Part shown: positions 12,168 through 23,859 of the stretch, piece after piece
How positions within the stretch are numbered: the stretch's first letter is position 1
Layout: the number at the start of each line of letters is the position of its first letter
From: Sphaeroforma arctica JP610
Lineage: Eukaryota
DNA: 34,681 nt
NCBI RefSeq assembly: GCF_001186125.1
Contig: NW_014040554.1
Location: 256,970 to 291,650 of the forward strand
Direction: 5' to 3'
Made by a program: the position numbers and the translations under genes
The notes under the pieces: model-generated
Database searches by the model: none
Told to the model about the DNA's origin: nothing
The model's input: the letters and a program-made list of their open reading frames with translations, nothing else

Positions 12168-13249
12168 TATTTACTAAATTGAAAAGGCTATGAAATAATG
12201 AAACATCCCATTATGTATCCCAGTCACCAGAGCGAATAATATATTGTTGTTTTTATAATTTTCAAGTAAAAAAAAAAGCAAATCATTTCTTTCAGATTAT
12301 TGCTCTATATTTAAAACATTATAAAAAATCGAAAAAGTGTATCATATGTATATGGGAAAAGTGCTCTCAGCACTCATAGCCTTGAATCTTGATGATAGAC
12401 GAGATCACACTATCACAGTCATCACACAAGACTCCAAGCCCAAGACTCCAAGAGGCATCGCCTCTTTTTTATTTATGTTCAATTTAGGAGTAAGGAGGCT
12501 ATGAAACAATGGCTCTAAGTACTAATGTTGAATTTTAGGAGGCTATGTAGTAGAGGGCGCGATCTCTCTCTACTCTCTACTAGAGAGAGTAGCTATGGTT
12601 CTCTCCAGCATCTTTTTGGCGCGCTGATCCTGAAACCTCGGACATTCAAAAACAGCACTGCCGAACCCCTTTTTACGCACACAAACAAACCCGTTCGCCT
12701 ATGGCTCAAAACACGCCATCTTACAAAACAAAGAGGCTCACACGTCCTTACGGTACTGGAGTGGGAAGAACCGAGACCTAAATAAATTGCTACTGTAATA
12801 GTTGTATGAACTGTGTATTACAACAACTATCTATTCTTAGTATTGCGTACAAAATATTCGCAACATAACTACGTAGCAGCTATTTTCACCCATAAATTTA
12901 AGAAGAGAAATTGGCAATATGTCAGCTATAATCGAGCAGTGTTACAATGGGTACGAGTAGAAGAGTTATAGAGAATGGGATAAAAAGAATAGGATTGAAT
13001 TTAAAGATCGCGAGATTATCAATGCCGGACACTCAGCGACTGAACGACAAGCCATACAAGTAAGGATGACTGTGGAGCGCCTTGGCCACAATGTCAGCTC
13101 ATATACGGACATATTTTGGTAAACCGCTACTGGATGTAGCGACAACTTAATCAGTGGTGGTACCCAGAAAAACTACAACGCCGAAGGTTTGATACACGCA
13201 CCAGATCGCCAATGAGGAGTTGTAACTGGCATATGATAATTCCTATTAT

Positions 13250-14190
13250 CTCTCCGGAATAAATGCAGCTTACAAATTCTTGATGGAAGTAGGTGGCAGA
13301 TAAGGGACTTCGTATCCATCAGTGGTTGGAGTAACATCCTTCCGTTTATCTTTTGTATTTTTATGTAACCGCTTGTTCCATTTCTTATTAAATATTTAAA
13401 GGTAGTTCCGGGATTAACAAAACGTACTGGATGTTAGTCATGTGGCTGTCTCGTCTATAAAACGGGCATTGTAGTACGTATAACCGTATTTGTCTGTTTT
13501 GTAAATAATACCATTGACTTGTGACTCAATTACAATGCATCACTTTTCTAAAATCGTAGTAAGAGATTTCAAAAGGTACGATTGTCTTGGAATAGAGTTT
13601 CGTGGCGTTAACGTTTCGGTTCAAAATGTTAACGTAATATCTAACTTTGAACAGAACAAAGTTCTTTGTAATATTCCATCAGTCATGTGCTTTTAACAAT
13701 TCTCGATTTTCGTGCTCGGCTAAACAGGGGTAAATAACGTTTTGCATATGCTCGTTCCTTTGTAGCCACGAGATAATGTGATTATCGGGCTCAATTTTAA
13801 CAAAAGTTGCTTGTACTTCACTATAGCGGCAAAAGAAATAGTGAAACTATAGTGTTGTAGTTTGAGGATTCATGCCGTTATCCACTTGATTTTAAACCCA
13901 ATTTAATTGACAAGCCAAGATATCATCAACATCATCTAATGCGGTACGCAATTTCCCTGTCACGTGTCTCATTTGAACCCTACTTTTGAGGTTTAGATGG
14001 AACACCATGTATGTGGTTCATGCCTTATAGAGTATAAGCACCTTCATTGCATCCACATCGGTACAGAACTCGCTACCGTTATCAGTACATAGTACTCGGG
14101 GAAAGCCAAAGTCAACAGAGACGTGATAACATGACTCTGCAATTGTATGCGAGGTAGGACATAAAGCAAATTGTAGCCCGAAGCCACACA
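13250..14190 (-). pseudogene. Decayed Ty3/Gypsy integrase core plus chromodomain-like C-terminus (element C)
   Basis: Minus strand reads VDFGFPRVLCTDNGSEFC (~14060-14115) and GMNHIHGVPSKPQK*GSNE (rve core). Further on, TYYNARF...FNKKWNKRLHKN matches TYYTTEF...FNKKFRKRLHKN of ORF 18963-19574. Many stops and frameshifts. Confidence 0.85.
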
Positions 14191-14305
14191 TCAGAAATAG
14201 CAGATTTATACATCGTCCGTATTCTTGGACGTGTTGATTCCTCCTGGTCAGCCAACTAGATGTGCCCGTCTATGCCTTGAATGGGATGGAGAGCTAGGCA
14301 CCAAA

Positions 14306-14639
14306 TGATGGGGTTCTCTAAGTGTAATAGAATTACTGCACCAGCTTGGTGTTTTCAATTCTCTTTTCATTGATCTCGAGCTGGATTTGAATTATTTTAT
14401 TGCAAGTTATTAAACGAGGACTGTTTCGAAGCAATGCGACCAATGAAACGAATCTGATTTAAGTTGTCAACACCAACCAGATCTAGACCGAAGTAGTGAG
14501 TGCTCAAAGCGGAACTATACATACAAAAGTCTCAATCTAAAACAACCGAGGGCTGAAGCTAGACTTAATTTTGTAAAAAGTAACGTATTTCTTTTAACTT
14601 ATCGTTCAGTACAATATAGTCAGTCTAATTAAGCCAACA
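14306..14639 (-). mobile_element. LTR type C (5' LTR of element C), followed by a PBS-like TGGTGCCTAGC
   Basis: Minus strand TGTTGGC...CCCCATCA-tt-TGGTGCCTAGCTCTCCATCCC. Shares tagcttcagccct, cactcactacttcggtctagat and the LTR/PBS junction with 17898-18330 (+). Confidence 0.7.
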
Positions 14640-15915
14640 TAACTCAAGTACCGCGCCGGCAGCCGAAGAAAAGACTACAACGACTGGCAGAGCCATTGTG
14701 ACGGCAAAATTCGGCGGGGGGGCGTGCGCGGTCACGGTCGTGCTCACACAGTAGGGACAGTTATCGAGACGGTGGCCGTGGTCAATACCTCGAGCGCAGG
14801 CCATGCTGTCATAAATATAAGAGCAGGTTGCATGCTGCGGCTCAGTCCGCGAAGTTAAAAAACTACCATTGCGCGGCAGCAACAGGTGCTGCGAGGTAAC
14901 AAGACTCAGGGCGCAGCTGTGGCAATAGATAGGGCTTGGGCGTACGCAAACTCGGGTTATTTTTAACCTAATAACAAAAAAATGTGTTGCTGCGGATAGA
15001 AGAAACGCCTGACAGGTCATGCGAAAGACCACCGCTGAGTGGTCGGTATNNNNNNNNNNNNNNNNNNNNNNNNNNNNNNNNNNNNNNNNNNNNNNNNNNN
15101 NNNNNNNNNNNNNNNNNNNNNNNNNNNNNNNNNNNNNNNNNNNNNNNNNNNNNNNNNNNNNNNNNNNNNNNNNNNNNNNNNNNNNNNNNNNNNNNNNNNN
15201 NNNNNNNNNNNNNNNNNNNNNNNNNNNNNNNNNNNNNNNNNNNNNNNNNNNNNNNNNNNNNNNNNNNNNNNNNNNNNNNNNNNNNNNNNNNNNNNNNNNN
15301 NNNNNNNNNNNNNNNNNNNNNNNNNNNNNNNNNNNNNNNNNNNNNNNNNNNNNNNNNNNNNNNNNNNNNNNNNNNNNNNNNNNNNNNNNNNNNNNNNNNN
15401 NNNNNNNNNNNNNNNNNNNNNNNNNNNNNNNNNNNNNNNNNNNNNNNNNNNNNNNNNNNNNNNNNNNNNNNNNNNNNNNNNNNNNNNNNNNNNNNNNNNN
15501 NNNNNNNNNNNNNNNNNNNNNNNNNNNNNNNNNNNNNNNNNNNNNNNNNNNNNNNNNNNNNNNNNNNNNNNNNNNNNNNNNNNNNNNNNNNNNNNNNNNN
15601 NNNNNNNNNNNNNNNNNNNNNNNNNNNNNNNNNNNNNNNNNNNNNNNNNNNNNNNNNNNNNNNNNNNNNNNNNNNNNNNNNNNNNNNNNNNNNNNNNNNN
15701 NNNNNNNNNNNNNNNNNNNNNNNNNNNNNNNNNNNNNNNNNNNNNNNNNNNNNNNNNNNNNNNNNNNNNNNNNNNNNNNNNNNNNNNNNNNNNNNNNNNN
15801 NNNNNNNNNNNNNNNNNNNNNNNNNNNNNNNNNNNNNNNNNNNNNNNNNNNNNNNNNNNNNNNNNNNNNNNNNNNNNNNNNNNNNNNNNNNNNNNNNNNN
15901 NNNNNNNNNNNNNNN

Positions 15916-16505
15916 ATATTTGGACAAGGTCATTAAAGGCCCCAGTAAAATACTAAATATAAGATTTGGTCTAGTTCTATTAATAGAACTATATTTACTT
16001 TCCAAATCTATTTATATCTGAATACTTCGGGAGCTAAATGGCTCAACCGAACTTAGGTTTCTAAGGACTATTAGCGTTGCTTAGTTTATCCTCCGTTCAG
16101 CCAACCAGGTGTGCCAGTCTGATGAAGGCTAAGTCGGTAATTCTTGATAAGTGTCAAGTTATTGGTTAAGACAATAACTAAGGACGTCAAGAGTATTTTT
16201 ATTTATTTATTTAATTTTTGTTCAAAAGATAGGATTTTATGAGTCTCTCGGATTCGCCCCAGAATAGAGCGACAACGAAACACTAAATAAAATCCCTTCG
16301 GCGGAAACAGTACTGAGAGGATTATATATAGGCAATGTCTCAGCCTCACAATCCCTCAGAGTAATGCTGTTTTCACGGGGCATACCTAACTTTACTAAAA
16401 AAACTTATTTCGCTTTTTTACATTGAATTTAATTATACTTATACTTGACCTAAGCGTTTAATTACTCTAAGGTGTTGATATCGCCTTGATAGACCGAAAC
16501 ATACA
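15916..16505 (+). mobile_element. LTR type B, 5' copy (left end lost in the gap)
   Basis: ~590-bp diverged direct repeat of 21075-21683. Homology ends near a CA dinucleotide and a gag-like region follows. Confidence 0.75.
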
Positions 16506-16549
16506 CATTTTAAAGTTAGCAAAGGTATTAACTACTTAGACTACGTAAA

Positions 16550-17897
16550 TGCCGATGCGTTTAACCGCACCGTAGCCGAGGCACTTGTCTCCAACAATAA
16601 TAGTCAGGACAATGCTTCGGATAAGGATATAGCCACTCCGATTAAGCAGACTACTCCTACAGATAGAGCCCGAGGGCCAACTATTGCCTCAGACAAGGGA
16701 CACGTCTCAAGACGCCCCACCCAATTCTTCTAAGGAAACCCAGAATGAATAGTCCCAAATTTTAGGGGACAAAGATGAAGCTCAGACGGTACCTATACCG
16801 GAACCAGAAGAGGAGACAAGCTCAAGTGGCAAATCCGAATCTACGTCCGAGACCACTGAGCCAACGCGCATAAGTAAGTTAACTACTGAAAGCACTGATC
16901 TTAATAATCAGTTAGCCACCCTTATGAAAAGCATGACTGTTAAACATGTAGATCGACTGTATGGATCAGGAAAACATGCACAGCACTTACGCGAGCATGT
17001 TTCTCCGGGCACTACTGAAGCCTTACAGAAGTGGACAGAACGTCGGCTGGCAATTACGCCCGATAAACGTAAGGACCCGAGCGCCAAACCTGTGGCAAAT
17101 GACCCAGATGTGTTCAGCGTATCTATACCTTACGAGGTACTACCACCAGAACTCCAGGCTAATTATTCGCCTGTTCTAACACCAGGACATGAATCGCCTG
17201 TCCTTGAGGGTATTATAGACTCAGAGGCGGGTAGAAACACTCCGCCACCTTCACCCAAATGGGATGACAATCATTGGAAATCCGTTAAAACTGGGTATGT
17301 CATCCAGACACATGAATCACCCAAGATCATAATACCAACGACTATCCAAGGAACAGAGCACCGAAAGGCCTCGACCATGGACTTTACACGGGATAATAAA
17401 CGCTCCCGTAAACGTGTTAACGATGTCGAATTTAATCGCTTCGATCGCACCGCCTTACACCAACCCGCAGAGGATTTTCACTCTGACGATGTGACCGAAC
17501 TTAATACATCGGTCGACGATTACACCATAAGATGGAAATCGTCCACGACGAGCACCGTGCTGATGACGTATCATATTTTGTTAATATGATTGCGATTAAG
17601 CAAAAGCGCATCGATCAGCTACTTCAGGCCCAACGTGAACAAGACCACCGGGATAACCAGAAGTATAAGGGACAGATCAGTCGACTAACAGTAAGCAGAT
17701 CGAGTTAAGAGTTAATAAACAACCATGACCTCGACACGTTAACCGGTACGCTTAATGCGTTTACGATTATGCTGGAGACGAATGATATCGCTCCCCAGCA
17801 ATGGATTTCTGCTTTAATACATTCGTTTGACCCTACAGGAACAAGTTACTTTATCCTGCAGCGACACCAGCATGCGCTAGACACTTGTCGTGACTGG
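16550..17897 (+). pseudogene. Frameshifted gag-like region of element B (includes ORF 16924-17589)
   Basis: Long semi-open frames directly downstream of LTR B, a coiled-coil segment (KQKRIDQLLQAQREQD) and capsid-like LNAFTIMLETNDIAPQQWISALI. Cut off by LTR C at ~17898. Confidence 0.55.
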
Positions 17898-18340
17898 TGT
17901 AAAAGTTGGTCTCCTCTAGGCTGACTATACGATATCAAGACGTTTACGTTAATAAGACAATACGTTATATCGTTAAAATGCAGAATATTGAAAGTAAGTT
18001 TAGCTTCAGCCCTTGGTAGTGAGCAAAAGATTAGGGGATTTCAGACTGATACTATTGTCTATATGCTCCGCTCTAATCACTCACTACTTCGGTCTAGATT
18101 TATTTATGTTTTAGTTACTAAGACTAGATATCATTTTATTGGATACATATTTTACATTTTACGCCTCGAAACAATTATCTAGTCAAACTAACCAATAAAA
18201 TATCTCTAAGTCCAACTTAAGAAAATCAAAAATCAAATCAAAAACACCAAGTCGGAGCAGTATACATCTGCACCTAACCCCCATCACTTGGTACCTAGCT
18301 CTCCATCCCATTTAAGGCATGGACGGGTAGGAGGAATCAA
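17898..18340 (+). mobile_element. Second LTR type C copy (to 18286) plus PBS-like TGGTACCTAGC (18289) and short leader
   Basis: Inverted homology to 14230-14639; ccccatca-ct-tggtacctagctctccatcccatt. Confidence 0.68.
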
Positions 18341-18345
18341 AACCA

Positions 18346-18768
18346 TGTTGTCCTAAATTCTAACAACTCTGATCCTGTCCTTTTCTCTGAGATTATTATC
18401 GAATTATACCATAGGTTTGTACCAACAACTATTTCATGCCTGAGACCCTCTCTCATGGTAATCCCGTTAATTAGAGATTTCCAAAGTGTCATTTTCAGGT
18501 GTCAGATTTGTATCATTCCTATATAATATACAATTGTAATTTCAGTGGAAAAACCAATCTATATTTGGAAAACCACCTAATTGTCCACAGTAGAGTCCCA
18601 TACTCTACTGAGTACTATCACATGTTCAGAATCTTGAATATCTCAATTCTTGTTCATGTCCAATATGTTAAACCTATTCCAGTAATACAAGTATAAACGT
18701 TAATATGTTAATACGTTTATAAAATACTTTAACTGTGCAACTACTATTAAGAACCCGCTACTATTACA
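18346..18768 (-). mobile_element. LTR type A (3' LTR of the minus-strand Gypsy element), ~423 bp
   Basis: Minus strand TGTAATAG...GGACAACA, starting 3 nt after a polypurine tract and downstream of pol. Confidence 0.7.
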
Positions 18769-18771
18769 TAG

Positions 18772-18789
18772 CCCCCCCCCTCCCTCCTC
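18772..18789 (-). promoter_or_regulatory. Polypurine tract of element A
   Basis: Minus strand GAGGAGGGAGGGGGGGGG, then cta, then TG of the LTR. Confidence 0.8.
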
Positions 18790-18962
18790 AGCTTGAAAAT
18801 TACAATGTTGGCTTATATGCGGTATTAATACATAGACTCAAAAAGCTCACATGAATTGTACAAGCGAAAAAGAAAAGAAACGGGTTTCGATCATATAACG
18901 GCCTCAATGCTTATGTTATATTCTCATAGACAAAGTATACTTAGACTTTATAAGTTACTCGG

Positions 18963-20550
18963 TTACTCTGTTTGGTCCTTGTGGTCCCCGAAGGTGGATG
19001 GTACGCACATTCCATGCTGTTTAAAGCTGGGAATGTATGATTTCTGTGGATAGATCTTAACCACTTCAGGTCGCTTATTCGATGGTAAGATTGCTTCTGC
19101 ATCAGCCATATTTTTGTGTAAGCGTTTGCGAAATTTCTTATTAAAAGCCTTTAGTACATCCGGATCATCAAATGCTGATGTTGGAAGATCATATTGTGCT
19201 CCATCGGCGAACTCCGTAGTGTAATATGTCATATCCTCATGTTTGTACTTCCCTAGAATCTTCTTAAACTCGTAAGACATAAGAGGTGTTGTAGCTTCAC
19301 GTGTGCGACGAAGGATGATCTCTGCCGTAGGGATTCGATGTGACCCGATATTTAAGGTACTAGAACCGTAAACGTTGTTAACTTCATACGTTCCGCTCTT
19401 CTTATCGGCCACAGAAATCATAAATGGTCCAATATATTTAGCCGTAAGCACAGTTGTATCGGAGTTGCAAGCCATAATGTTGACTATATTGCTGTACATT
19501 GTCCATGTCCCTAAACAAGTCTTGCATAATTTGTTGAAAGAACGCAGGTAACATGAGTAACCCAAAGGGGGCACCTTTGAACGAATATTTCTGACCCTCC
19601 CAGGTAAAGGTGAAACACTTACGGTGTGGTTTGTAGATCTTCATCTGGTGGTAGCCCTGCGTCAGGTCGATAGTGGAGAATATCTTAGCTCCCTCCATGC
19701 GCCTGAGTAGTTAGTTTATCCTTGGTAAGTGAGAATTGTGTGTCGGTATCAAAGCGTTAATTGGGCTCATATCCAAACACACCTGAACTTTCTTCAGCAT
19801 CCCGTCAGAGTTGAATTGGTCAACGGCTAAAAGTGCTAGCTTGACGGGAGTCGGCTCATAGTTGACTGCGATCACTCCGTCATCTAACCATGCTTTAACC
19901 TATTCTCGTACGACCTGCTCATGACGCCATGCAATATAGTTACGTGTAGGACACTTCAGCTTCGAGAAATCTACTCTCGTCAGGTCTAGACTAACGTATC
20001 TGTTATTGAATTTAAACATAGCCCAGTCCGTGATCCGAATCTTGTCATTCTCGAAAATCAAGTACTTGAGTTTCTCTGTAAAGTGAGGGATTATCTCCTT
20101 CACAGTCTTCGAAGGTTTATATACCGGTTTCAACAAGTTGTCGTCCGACTGATCATTCTGTGGTTCGGTGTTAGTAGGTAAGCCTGTAATTGTGATACCT
20201 AATGACAGTAAATCACCCATACTTACTATGAGATCATAGTCTGGTGAAGTGTTACATACGACTGCCTTAGTAACTGTAGTACGTTGGTCTGTCAATGTAA
20301 AGCTAAGATCGATTGCCATTTCTCTGCAAGTGATCTCTTGTTCATCAGCCAGTTCCAACATAGTTGGCTCTGACTTACAAGTTACGTCTGTGATTTACAG
20401 AATTTAGAGAATATACATGAAATTTGCGAGCCCGGATCTAACAACGCTTTTATTTCATGTCCGTTAACTTGTACGTCAAGGATTACACGCTCGTCTTGAG
20501 GTGCGTCCTTTTGTTTTAGTGACAAGACCATAGTGGCAGTTCTAACACAC
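18963..20550 (-). pseudogene. Ty3/Gypsy (chromovirus-like) pol pseudogene: protease, RT N-half, internal deletion, integrase GPF tail, chromodomain
   Basis: Protease VNGHEIKALLDPGSQISC (~20415-20470). RT motifs VCLDMSPIN, LPRI, FSTIDLTQGYHQM, FTFTWEGQKYSFKGAPFGL; YxDD site degraded and frameshifted near 19485. Then KYIGPFMI and SYEFKKILG...YYTTEF...LPTSAFDDPDVLKAF. In-frame stops at ~19900 and ~19712. Confidence 0.92.
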
Positions 20551-20577
20551 TTCCGAGATTACTTATACTAAACAGCA

Positions 20578-20760
20578 TTTACGCTGATGTGTGATCAAAA
20601 ATCTCGTCAATATAAATGAAACCCGACTCACAATTATTGAGTCGCTGGCATGATACAATATCAAAGTTTCTTTTTGATATAAAACATCTGCCAGGAATAC
20701 ATAAACATTTACCGGATATATTATCACGCTTCGTACCGGACTTTAATAAATCCGTACGTG
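20578..20760 (+). pseudogene. Ty3/Gypsy RNase H C-terminal fragment (opposite strand to the adjacent protease)
   Basis: FTLMCDQKS...SQLLSRWHDTISKFLFDIKHLPGIHKHLPDILSR fits the F.L.TDH...RW...F.F.I.H.PG..N..AD.LSR consensus. Confidence 0.85.
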
Positions 20761-21074
20761 AGATACTAGCCACTGACTGGAAATGTAATCCCAGATACCA
20801 TAGATATGTTTGCTGCACATCATAGTGCACAACTATCGAATTACAGGACTTTAAATCATCCTTTGGGAGACGCCTTTCAAATAGACCTCTCCAAACATAA
20901 TGCGTGGGCAAATCCATCACGGCAGTTAATTGCCCACCTTTGTGGTACGGATCGGGTCTGCGCCGTGTAGTGCCGCACGTAAAACGTACTCTTAAAAAGT
21001 ATGTAAACTCAGTTTTCCTTAAATGTTTTTTAACGGTTTTATTAGGTAATACCTTTTCCAATTTACATTTCAGA

Positions 21075-21683
21075 TATTTGGACAAGGCCATTAAAGGGCC
21101 CCAGTAAAATATCAAATACGAGATTTGGTCGAGTTCTATTGATAGAACTGTATTTACTTTCCAAATATATCTATATCTGAATACTTCGGTAGCGAGATGG
21201 CTCAACCGAACATGGGTTTCTGAGGACTATTAGCTTTGCTTAGTTTACCCTCCGTTCAGCCAACCAGATGTGCTAGTCTGATGAAGGCTAAGTCGGTAAT
21301 TCTTGATAAGTGGCAAGTTAATGGTTAATGCAATAACTATGGACATCGAGAGTATTATTTTTTTCTTATATAATTTTTTTCTAAAGATAAGGATTTTATG
21401 AGTTTTTCCGATTCGACCCAACGAAACAAACCATAGTTTATATTAAAGCGACAACGAAATACTAAATAAAATCCCTTCGGCGAAAACAGTACTGAGAGAA
21501 GTATATATAGGCAATGTCTCAGCCTCAGAATCCCTCAGAGTATTGCTGTTTTCACGAGGCATACTTAACCTGACTAAAAGATTCATTTCGTTTATTTACA
21601 TTGAATTTAATTATACTTAGACTCAACCTAAGCGTTTAATTACTCTAAGACGTTAATATCGCCTTGATAGACGAAAACTTACA
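21075..21683 (+). mobile_element. LTR type B, second copy (true start probably further left)
   Basis: Direct repeat of 15916-16505 with scattered substitutions and indels; ends ...aaacttaCA. Confidence 0.75.
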
Positions 21684-22318
21684 GAGATGGTTGTTTTCAC
21701 CATCGATCTGTACTAGAAGTGCAGTAGTTACTTGATACGTGGAAGTATTGACATTCATTTATACGGCATCAATTGAAATAGGCTCAAGAATTTCAGTCTC
21801 AGCGAGGTATTTGTTTATGAGGCCTGGAATGGCTCAGTGTCTGTAGCATAACGGAATATTTGTGAGCGTGGCATTGTTGTTAATTCACGAAGTCTCACGA
21901 AGTCAATCGTACAGGGGAAACAAAGATGACCTTAATGTTAGTTTAAATCCAACATTCATTTAATATACGACACAATGATCACAGCCACTTAATCAGTTAC
22001 AATACGCGGGCATTGAGAGTCAATAGAAATCGATGCAAGAAATGGCATAACTCTGTGATACAAAAGTATTACAGAATTATATATGTATCACACGCAAAAG
22101 ACTAAAGACTACTTGAAAACATAGATTTGCCTGTTTCAACACTTAAGAGCAATTGCAAGAGCTGTTATGTACATGTGTAAGCTGTTTCAAAGCAGTCTAA
22201 GTTTGTTGTCCTAATTTCGGTCGCTTTGGAAGATAATACAAGCATCGGACGTGGGCAGTAATTTTAGTTCAGACTGTGATGAACCGTTATCCCATTGGTC
22301 GACACGAAAGTGGCACGC

Positions 22319-22354
22319 CAAGACTTCCGTTGGAAGTCTTGTAACAAAACCTAG
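22319..22354 (+). mobile_element. Candidate Helitron 3' terminus (hairpin + CTAG|T)
   Basis: caagacttcc-gtt-ggaagtcttg (10-bp stem), 9 nt spacer, CTAG at 22351-22354, then T. Confidence 0.45.
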
Positions 22355-23195
22355 TTTACACACGTTTTTGAATATCAAGTCAAAGGGTTTTTAAGAAACA
22401 TTGGCACCGCAGGGCGCAGGGTGCACCACAGGGTTTTACACATTCTTATTTGTTTTTAAAAAACAAAAAAGAGAAGAGAGCGTAGAGAGCTCTCTTTAAT
22501 CTTTAGAAGAGAGAGAGAGAGATAAATATTTGTTTTTAAAAACAAATCTTTTATTAGACTTTTTGCTAAATAAATAGAGTCTATGCACGGCCACATCACC
22601 ACAAGCCTCATGGCCAGACTGCCAGAGGGCAGATCCTCTGATTCTGTCCCCGGGGTTGTCCCGGGTTCACCACCTGTTCGGCTCTATGATTAATCGACTC
22701 AAATACTATTCTTTTAAAAACAAAAAAATGACAAAACTGTTCATGGAGCTGTGAACATCAACAATAAAAAATTGGCTTTAGGTGACCGGGGATTTTTTAC
22801 TATAGAGGCTGACCCAGAGGTACCTTAAAAAATCAATCTCATTGGCATTACGCGATTCAAGTTCTTGGTAATGCAAGTATACTTAATACCATCCCGATCG
22901 GACTATTGGTTCAAAAGATATGTTGTATTCTATTTTGTACCAGAAATGGGTCAATCCAGCCACGCGGGACCTTGGAGGTCTTATTTTTATCAGCACTAAG
23001 CACTGATTGAGTTAAAATTTTAAATTTGTGACGTTCATCGAGCTCCGACCACGGGGTCAGGGACTCAGGGGTACAGTCTCTCACTTTCGTATATTTGTTA
23101 TGTAGTGTATTTACATGTGTATATATTTCACTTTTCTCCTTAGCTTTTCAGTAGCACGTTCATACATAGACTAGCACATACTACAACAGATACTT

Positions 23196-23816
23196 ATGGG
23201 AGACACTTCTCGTGGTGAACAGTGTTGTGCGAAAGGATGCACTATAGCGCACCCAGTGGGTGGTGCACACAAGTGTGCTGCTTGCGATCGAAGTATGCAT
23301 GTCTTTTTTGGCGTGCATCTTGGTGAGGGGTTTGATTCAAATTCAATCGGTTACTGCCTTTCTACTGATAAATGCCAGCCACCGGAGGACAAGTCAGATC
23401 AGACAACTACTGAATCAGATACAATGCAGGAAGACGACGTGGTACAAGCTACGTTTAAGCAGTATGCATTGTCTAATGTGAATGGAGCATCTAGTATAAT
23501 GATGAATAAGCTCACTGAAAGTAAGAAGAAGAAGTCATACCCACAGACTGTATTATCTAAAGTAAAGGACAGAACATTTACGAGGTACAATCTAACAGAT
23601 AAAGACAAAGGAATTATCGTGCGCGCAATCAAGAAAGTGGGATACAGCTTTGACAACTCCTGGAAAGAGAACTATCGTAAGGATTTAGTCAAAGAAGCCG
23701 TGCGAGCTGCGCGTGAATCATTCGGTGTGAGCTTGAAAAAATACGAAGGTTGCGTAAATAAACAGAAGATTTCTACAAGAGCAGAAATATTGAAATATAG
23801 GAGCATTTTTGAGTGA
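23196..23816 (+). CDS. Truncated pogo-like transposase: N-terminal Cys/His (PHD-like) finger + CENP-B/psq-like HTH, no DDE domain
   Basis: CCAKGC..AHKCAACDRSMHVFFG..GEGF..YCLSTDKC, then RYNLTDKDKGIIV...ESFGVS...EILKYR. The ORF ends ~145 bp before a pogo-type TIR. Confidence 0.65.
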   Translation: MGDTSRGEQCCAKGCTIAHPVGGAHKCAACDRSMHVFFGVHLGEGFDSNSIGYCLSTDKCQPPEDKSDQTTTESDTMQEDDVVQATFKQYALSNVNGASSIMMNKLTESKKKKSYPQTVLSKVKDRTFTRYNLTDKDKGIIVRAIKKVGYSFDNSWKENYRKDLVKEAVRAARESFGVSLKKYEGCVNKQKISTRAEILKYRSIFE

Positions 23817-23859
23817 TAATGCGCCCGGAATAGCTCTTGGTCTGCTTATAGGTCGACCC

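Noticed and set aside
23072..23080. tacagtc as the left TIR of the second pogo element
   Set aside because: Only 5 TIR bases match and the subterminal acctctttatatg motif is absent.
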